Assembly: GCA_963809895.1 (NCBI GenBank)
Contig: CAWELD010000003.1
Coordinates: forward strand, 3,456,001 to 3,520,000
Length of the DNA: 64,000 bases
From: an uncultured Gemmatimonadales bacterium
GTDB lineage: Bacteria; Gemmatimonadota; Gemmatimonadetes; Longimicrobiales; Gaopeijiaceae
Direction: 5' to 3'
How positions within the stretch are numbered: position 1 is the first letter of the stretch; the number at the start of each line of letters is the position of its first letter. Positions 58,286 through 64,000 of this stretch are shown in pieces. The notes under the pieces are model-generated. The model saw nothing but the letters and a program-made list of their open reading frames with translations. It was not told where the DNA came from and made no database searches. Position numbers and translations under genes: made by a program.

Positions 58286-59701
58286 TCAGATGTGGATGGC
58301 GCGCCCCAGCGCCTGCAGAGCGCCTTCGCCCACACCTTCAGAGAGCGTGGGGTGGGGGTGCATGGCCCGCTCCATCTCTTCGACGGTGGACTCGAGGTGG
58401 CGTCCCAGCACGAACTCGGCGATGAGCTCGGTGGCGTGCGGCCCCACGATGTGCGCGCCCAGGATCTCCGAGTAGCGCGTGTCCCGGACGATCTTCACGA
58501 AGCCCTCGGTGTGACCCATGGCCACGGCTCGTCCGATGGCCACCCACGGCAGCTTGCCCACCTCGATGTCGTAGCCCTGCTCGCGTGCCTCGGCCTCGGT
58601 GAGGCCCACCGACGCCACCTCGGGATGGCAGTAGGTGCAGTTGGGCACGTTGGCGTAGTCCACCGTGTGGTGGCCCACGCCCGCGATGTGCTCCACGCAG
58701 GCGACGCCTTCGTGCATGGCCTTGTGAGCCAGGAGCTGGCGTCCGGCCATGTCACCGATGGCGTAGATGCCGTCCACGTTGGTGCGCATGTACTCGTCCA
58801 CCACCACGAAGCCGCGCTCGTCGGTTTTCACCCCGGCGGCGTCCAGCCCCACGTCTTCGGTGTTCGGGACCCGACCGACGGCGGACAGGACGTAGTCGAC
58901 CTTCATCTCGTGGACCTCGCCCTTCTTGTCTTTGAAGGTCACGGCCACGCCGTCGTCCTGGATGTCGGCCGATTCGAAGCGTGCACCGGTGTGGATGTCG
59001 ATGCCACGCTTCTTGTAGGTGCGCTCCATGAACCTGGAGACCTCTTCGTCCTCCAGCGGCAGGATGCGCTCCAGCGCCTCCACCAGGGTGACCCTGGTTC
59101 CGAAGGCGCTGTAGATGTCCGCGAACTCCATGCCGATGGCGCCGGCCCCCACGATGAACAGGCTCTCGGGCGCGGATTCCTGGTAGAGGGCGCCCGTGGA
59201 CGACCACACCCTGTCCTCATCGATCTTGAGCGTCGGAAGATCCCGGGGACGGGAGCCGGTGGCCAGGATCACGTGCGGCGCCTCGAGGGCGCGCTTGTCG
59301 CCGTCGGCATCGACCTCGACCCGGCCCTTGGCGACGAGACGACCGTACCCTTTGACGTGCGTGATCTTGTTCTTCTTGAAGAGGCCACCGACGCCGCGGT
59401 TGAGCTGATCGGCCACCGCACGGCTCCGCTTCTGGGCCGGGCCCAGGTCGAAGGTCATGGCCTCGGCCATGATGCCGTGCCTCTCGCTCTCCTTCATCTC
59501 GTTCACCATGAAGGCGCTGGTGAGCAGAGCCTTCGTGGGAATGCAGCCGATGTTCAGGCAGACGCCGCCGAGCTTTTCCGCCTCGACGCACGCCACGTTC
59601 ATGCCGAGCTGGGCCGCCCGGATCGCGGCCACGTAGCCGCCCGGCCCACTGCCCACCACGATCAGATCGAAGGAATTCTGCTCTCCGTTCTCGCCCGCCA
59701 C
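58286..59701 (-). CDS. lpdA: Dihydrolipoyl dehydrogenase (E3)
   Basis: GSGPGGYVAAIRAAQLG, GGVCLNIGCIPTK, GAGAIGME, HPHPTLSE. Confidence 0.96.
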   Translation of the reverse strand: MAGENGEQNSFDLIVVGSGPGGYVAAIRAAQLGMNVACVEAEKLGGVCLNIGCIPTKALLTSAFMVNEMKESERHGIMAEAMTFDLGPAQKRSRAVADQLNRGVGGLFKKNKITHVKGYGRLVAKGRVEVDADGDKRALEAPHVILATGSRPRDLPTLKIDEDRVWSSTGALYQESAPESLFIVGAGAIGMEFADIYSAFGTRVTLVEALERILPLEDEEVSRFMERTYKKRGIDIHTGARFESADIQDDGVAVTFKDKKGEVHEMKVDYVLSAVGRVPNTEDVGLDAAGVKTDERGFVVVDEYMRTNVDGIYAIGDMAGRQLLAHKAMHEGVACVEHIAGVGHHTVDYANVPNCTYCHPEVASVGLTEAEAREQGYDIEVGKLPWVAIGRAVAMGHTEGFVKIVRDTRYSEILGAHIVGPHATELIAEFVLGRHLESTVEEMERAMHPHPTLSEGVGEGALQALGRAIHI

Positions 59702-59927
59702 GTTGGCACCTCTCGGTTGAAGCCGGCCACAGGCCGACGCGTATACAGCTCGGGTGGCACGGAGCCACGCCGCTGCGGCCCCGGCCTGATTGGGTTCAGA
59801 GCGCTGGAAGGTAGGCCGGCCCGGCCCCCCAAGTAAACCCCGCACCCCACCGGAGCGTGCCCTTTCGGAGGGAGAGGTGGTGGGTCTATCATCGAACGAA
59901 ATTCCCCTCTCTCAGCGAGGTCCCGAC

Positions 59928-60488
59928 ATGTGGGAGATCGCCGTCGTAGCAGTCCTGTTGCTGGGTGGCGTGGCCATCTACAACTCTCTGGTCAAGCTCC
60001 GTGAGCAGGCCGACGGCGCCTGGGCGGACGTCGATGTGCAGCTCAAGCGCCGCTACGACCTGATCCCGAACCTGGTCGAGACGGTCAAAGGCTACGCGAC
60101 CCACGAGAAGGGCACGCTGGAGGCGGTGATCCAGGCCCGGGCGGCCGCTATGGCCGCGCCGGGTCCGGCGGCCAAGGGCGTGGCCGAGGGACAGCTCGCC
60201 GGCGCCCTCAAGTCGCTCTTCGCCGTCTCCGAAGACTATCCGGATCTGAGGGCGTCGGAGAACTTCCGACAGCTGCAGGGCACCCTGGCGGAGCTGGAAG
60301 ACCACATCCAGAAGGCGCGCCGTTACTACAACGCCGTGATCCGGGACTACAACACACGCATCGCCCAGGTCCCGTCGAACGTCGTGGCGAGGTCGTTCGG
60401 CTTCCGCGAGCGGGAGTTCTTCGAGATGCCCGAGGCCGAGCGGGCCGCGCCCCGCGTGAGCTTCGACGAGTCCCCGGACCAGTCCTGA
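59928..60488 (+). CDS. lemA: LemA family protein
   Basis: N-terminal [43 protein letters not shown]. Confidence 0.95.
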   Translation: MWEIAVVAVLLLGGVAIYNSLVKLREQADGAWADVDVQLKRRYDLIPNLVETVKGYATHEKGTLEAVIQARAAAMAAPGPAAKGVAEGQLAGALKSLFAVSEDYPDLRASENFRQLQGTLAELEDHIQKARRYYNAVIRDYNTRIAQVPSNVVARSFGFREREFFEMPEAERAAPRVSFDESPDQS

Positions 60489-60493
60489 GCAGC

Positions 60494-62248
60494 GTGACAC
60501 GACCCGGGCCCCGGGGCCGCCGGCGTCGGATTCTCGTCGGGCTCGCGCTGGCCTTGCCGGCCCTGCTGGCGCCGCGGCCTGCCGCAGCCCAGGAGCGCCG
60601 GCTCTCGCTGGAGTCCTTCAACGCCACGCTCACCGTCGAGCCTTCCGGCCTGCTGGACGTCCTGGAGGAGCTCCAGTTCCGCTTCGACGGAAGCTGGAAC
60701 GGCGTCTTCCGGACCATCCCCGTGCGCTACGACATGGGGTCGGAGATCCACCGGGTCCGTCTCGACGTCGTCGACGTGCGGGGAGGCGACGGAAGCGAGT
60801 TGCGTTACGAGACCTCGCGGCAGGGCGCCTATCGCAAGGTGAAGATCTGGGTGCCGGGCGCCTCCGACGCCACGCGCACGGTGGTCCTCCACTACCGGGT
60901 CCGCGACGCGCTGCGTTTCTTCGAGAACCACGACGAGCTCTACTGGAACGTCACCGGAAACGAGTGGGACTTTCCCGTGGGGCGCGCCTCGGCGCGGGTC
61001 GTGCTTCCCGACGGTGCCACGGGCCGGCGGGCCACGGCGTACACCGGGACCTACGGCGCCCGGGGAGAGGACGCCTCCGTCACGGAAATAGAGGAGGGAT
61101 ACTATTTCCAGACCACGAATCCCCTGGAGTTCCGCGAGGGGCTCACCGTGGTCGTGGGATGGGATCCCGGGCTCGTGCACCGACCCTCGGCGCTGGAGCG
61201 GGCGCTCCGGGCCGGCGTCTTCCTCCTCATCTTCCCGCTCATCAGCCTCGTGGGGATGTGGCGCCTCTGGTCGGCTCGCGGCAGGGATCCGGAGCGCCGG
61301 CCCGTGGCACCCCGCTACGAGCCCCCCGGAGGGATGACCCCCGCCGAGGTCGGCACCCTGGTGGACAACTCCCCCGACATGCGCGACTTCACGGCCACCA
61401 TCGTGGACCTGGCGGTTCGCGGGTACCTGCGCATCGAGGAAGAGGAGCGTTCCGGCCTGGTCAAGATCTTCTCGAGGCAGGAATACACCTTCCATCGGCT
61501 CAAGGAGGCGGGTCCCGAGCTCAAGCCCCACGAGACGGCCCTCCTGGATGCCCTCTTCTCCGGTGGGATCCGCTCCGTGGTCTCCACGAGCGAACTGGAA
61601 CATGAATTCTACAAGGAGATTCCGGGGCTCAAACACGCCGTGTTCCGGCTCCTCCTGGAATCCGGCGACTACCGGAATCGTCCGGACAAGGTGCTGCAGA
61701 CCTGGCTGGTCGTCGGCGTGCTGGCATGCATCCTGGCCACGGTGGGGCTGGTGGTGGTGGCCAGCGCCCGCGGCTACGACATGCCCTTTGCCCTGGCCGG
61801 CGGCATCGGGTTCGGTCTACCGGTGCTGATCTTCGGCGTCCTCATGCCGGCCCGCACCGTGTCCGGGACCCGACGGCTCGAGGAGATCCTGGGCTTCGAG
61901 GAGTTCCTGGACCGGGTGGAGTCCGATCGCTTCCGGCGCATGATCAAGGGCCCCGAGCAGTTCGAGGCCTTCCTGCCCTACGCCATGGCGCTGAGCGTCG
62001 AGGAGCGCTGGGCCCGGGCCTTCGAGGATCTCTACACCGAGCCCCCGACCTGGTACACAGGCCGCTACCCCGGCACGTTCCGGCCTAGCATGCTGGTCTC
62101 GAACCTGAGCACCATGTCCACGCGGGCGAGCTCCGCCATGTCGTCGGCGCCCCGCAGCAGCGGCGGGTCCGGATTCAGCAGCGGCGGGGGCGGGGGCGGC
62201 GGCTTCAGCGGGGGCGGGTTCGGCGGCGGGGGCGGCGGGGGGTTCTAG
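60494..62248 (+). CDS. DUF2207 membrane protein
   Basis: [37 protein letters not shown], Gly-rich tail [12 protein letters not shown]; usual lemA partner. Confidence 0.9.
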   Translation: MTRPGPRGRRRRILVGLALALPALLAPRPAAAQERRLSLESFNATLTVEPSGLLDVLEELQFRFDGSWNGVFRTIPVRYDMGSEIHRVRLDVVDVRGGDGSELRYETSRQGAYRKVKIWVPGASDATRTVVLHYRVRDALRFFENHDELYWNVTGNEWDFPVGRASARVVLPDGATGRRATAYTGTYGARGEDASVTEIEEGYYFQTTNPLEFREGLTVVVGWDPGLVHRPSALERALRAGVFLLIFPLISLVGMWRLWSARGRDPERRPVAPRYEPPGGMTPAEVGTLVDNSPDMRDFTATIVDLAVRGYLRIEEEERSGLVKIFSRQEYTFHRLKEAGPELKPHETALLDALFSGGIRSVVSTSELEHEFYKEIPGLKHAVFRLLLESGDYRNRPDKVLQTWLVVGVLACILATVGLVVVASARGYDMPFALAGGIGFGLPVLIFGVLMPARTVSGTRRLEEILGFEEFLDRVESDRFRRMIKGPEQFEAFLPYAMALSVEERWARAFEDLYTEPPTWYTGRYPGTFRPSMLVSNLSTMSTRASSAMSSAPRSSGGSGFSSGGGGGGGFSGGGFGGGGGGGF

Positions 62249-63594
62249 CCGCCTCCTGGCGCCGCGAGCCAGTCGTCCCAGAACGCCGGGTCACCGTCGA
62301 TGCCCGCGGCAGGCTCCAGACCCAGAAGCCGGGCCACCAGCGGATAGACCTGCACGTTCTCGAAGGGGGGTATCTCGCGTCCCTTCGCCAGGCCGGGTCC
62401 GGCACCCACGAAGAGGGCGCGCATGCTCAGGAATGCCGGATCCCAGCCGTGCGTGAATCCGCCCCGCGGTGCACCGGAGCGCACGGGGATCACCACCCAG
62501 CCCGAGTCGGGCATGAGGACCAGGTCGCCGATACGTGGATTGTCCCGGTAGTGGAGCCGCGCCGGAGTCTCGTTGGGGAGGAAGGCCCGCACGTGGGGCA
62601 GGTCGCGATCGATGCGGTCCCGTATTTCGCGGACGCGAGCCGGACCTCCGTCCACCCAGACGTTGGCATCGGGGCCCGATTCGGGTACCCGTAGACCCTC
62701 CATGGACACGACGTCCTCGAGAAAGACCGTGGTGGCCGGGGTGTAGCCGTCCATCCCGTGGTCCGCCATGACCAGGACGTTCACACGCTCCCCGAAGGAG
62801 AGCGCCCGCAAGCTGTCCAGGAGCTGTCCCACCACACCGTCCAGCTTCGCCACGGCCGCCCGCAGCTCGGGGCTGTCCGGCCCGAACTCGTGTCCGGCGT
62901 TGTCGGTGTCGGAGAAGTAGAGCGTCACCAGGTGGGGGCGCCGCTCCGGCGGCAGGCGCAGCCACGACAGGACGCGCTCCACCCTCGTCTCGTCGGGCAC
63001 CTCCTCGTCGTAACGCTCCCAGTAACTGGGGCGCACGCCCCCGATGGCCGCCTCCGAGCCCACCCAGAACATGGACGCCGCCACCATCCCCTGCTTCTCG
63101 GCCGTGACCCACAGGGGCTCACCACCGTACCAGCTTCCATCTTCGACAGCGCCACGGTCGGCGATACGGTAGGTGGCGTCGCGCTCCGGGTCGAAGAAGG
63201 TGTTCGCCACCAGACCGTGATGCGCCGGGTAGAGGCCCGTCACGAGGGTGTAGTGGTTGGGGAAGGTCTTGCTGGGATACGACGGGATCATCCCGTCGCG
63301 GGCCCAGATGCCGCTCCGCCCCAGCGCTTCGAGCCTGGGCGGGTGCAGCTCGGTGACGTAGCGCGACGCGAAGCCGTCCAGCGAGACCATCACCACATAG
63401 GGGGCGTCGCGCCACCGGGGCGCGTTGATCCCCCCGGACGCGGCCCGGGCATCGGCCGTCGGGATCGGCGTCGCGGAATCCCGGGGCCCGGACGGTCCGC
63501 AGGCGGCGATGACCACGCACCCCAGGACCGCCGCGGTCCAGCGGCGCATCCGCCGCCTCACGGAGCGCGCCCCCGCCGGGAGCCTGGGAGCCAT
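62245..63594 (-). CDS. Nucleotide pyrophosphatase/phosphodiesterase family lipoprotein
   Basis: IAAC lipobox, [39 protein letters not shown]. Confidence 0.93.
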   Translation of the reverse strand: MAPRLPAGARSVRRRMRRWTAAVLGCVVIAACGPSGPRDSATPIPTADARAASGGINAPRWRDAPYVVMVSLDGFASRYVTELHPPRLEALGRSGIWARDGMIPSYPSKTFPNHYTLVTGLYPAHHGLVANTFFDPERDATYRIADRGAVEDGSWYGGEPLWVTAEKQGMVAASMFWVGSEAAIGGVRPSYWERYDEEVPDETRVERVLSWLRLPPERRPHLVTLYFSDTDNAGHEFGPDSPELRAAVAKLDGVVGQLLDSLRALSFGERVNVLVMADHGMDGYTPATTVFLEDVVSMEGLRVPESGPDANVWVDGGPARVREIRDRIDRDLPHVRAFLPNETPARLHYRDNPRIGDLVLMPDSGWVVIPVRSGAPRGGFTHGWDPAFLSMRALFVGAGPGLAKGREIPPFENVQVYPLVARLLGLEPAAGIDGDPAFWDDWLAAPGGG

Positions 63595-63610
63595 GGTCGC
63601 GGTGCCGCTG

Positions 63611-64000
63611 CTAGAGCAGGATCGCGGCCGGCTCCTCGAGCATGGCCGTGAGCGTCTGCAGGAAGCGGGATCCCGTGGCCCCGTCGATGACCCGGTGATC
63701 GCAGCTCATGGTGATGCGCATGCGGGGGCGGATCACCACCTCTCCATCCAGCGCCACCGGCGTGTCCTCGACTCCCCCCACCGCCAGGATCCCCGCCTCG
63801 GGCGGGTTGATGATGGCCGTGAACTCGTGGATGCCGAACATGCCGAGGTTGGACACCGAGAAGGTGGCCCCCGTGTACTCCTCGGGCTTGAGCCGCTTCT
63901 GCCGTGCCCGACCGGCCATCTCCTTGACCTCCCGCGAGATCTGGACCAGGCCCTTGCGGTCGGCGTGCCTCACCACCGGCGTGATGAGGCCGTCCTCCAC
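63611..64000 (-). CDS. pdhC: Dihydrolipoamide acyltransferase (E2), C-terminal part; truncated by the window edge
   Basis: GLITPV, ATFSVSNLGMFG, AIINPP, SCDHRVIDG. Confidence 0.9.
   Translation of the reverse strand: MEDGLITPVVRHADRKGLVQISREVKEMAGRARQKRLKPEEYTGATFSVSNLGMFGIHEFTAIINPPEAGILAVGGVEDTPVALDGEVVIRPRMRITMSCDHRVIDGATGSRFLQTLTAMLEEPAAILL

Noticed and set aside
62155..62245. GGC-rich tandem repeat
   Set aside because: It encodes the ordinary Gly-rich tail of DUF2207 proteins.

Overview
High-GC bacterial chromosome segment, densely coding, about 46 CDS. Gene content and style suggest Gemmatimonadota (inference only). Most of it is housekeeping or envelope function: a caa3-type cytochrome c oxidase operon, a TAXI-TRAP transporter, an NtrY/NtrX-like two-component pair, a glcDE-glcF plus N-succinyl-amino-acid racemase operon, ispH, lpdA/pdhC and lemA-DUF2207. 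The most unusual part is an accessory block at about 7.4-18.5 kb. It encodes a 1818-aa Ser/Thr kinase-AAA(STAND-like)-GAF-cyclase whose cyclase carries guanylyl-type (Cya2-like) specificity residues, then a SnoaL protein and a stand-alone GAF protein. Converging on these is a translationally coupled pair: an exported mono-haem cytochrome c and a protein matching only the N-terminal part of VioB/RebD/StaD, with no ferritin-like domain and no violacein or indolocarbazole genes nearby. Also present are a 301-bp MITE with 30-bp terminal inverted repeats and a TTAG target duplication, a beta-helix/Omp85-barrel fusion, an orphan MshEN-PilB ATPase with a C-terminal double zinc ribbon, and three single-base frameshifts in the first 3.2 kb (probably sequencing errors). 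No rRNA, tRNA, CRISPR array, integrase or transposase was seen. All family calls come from motif recognition by eye; no database search was run.
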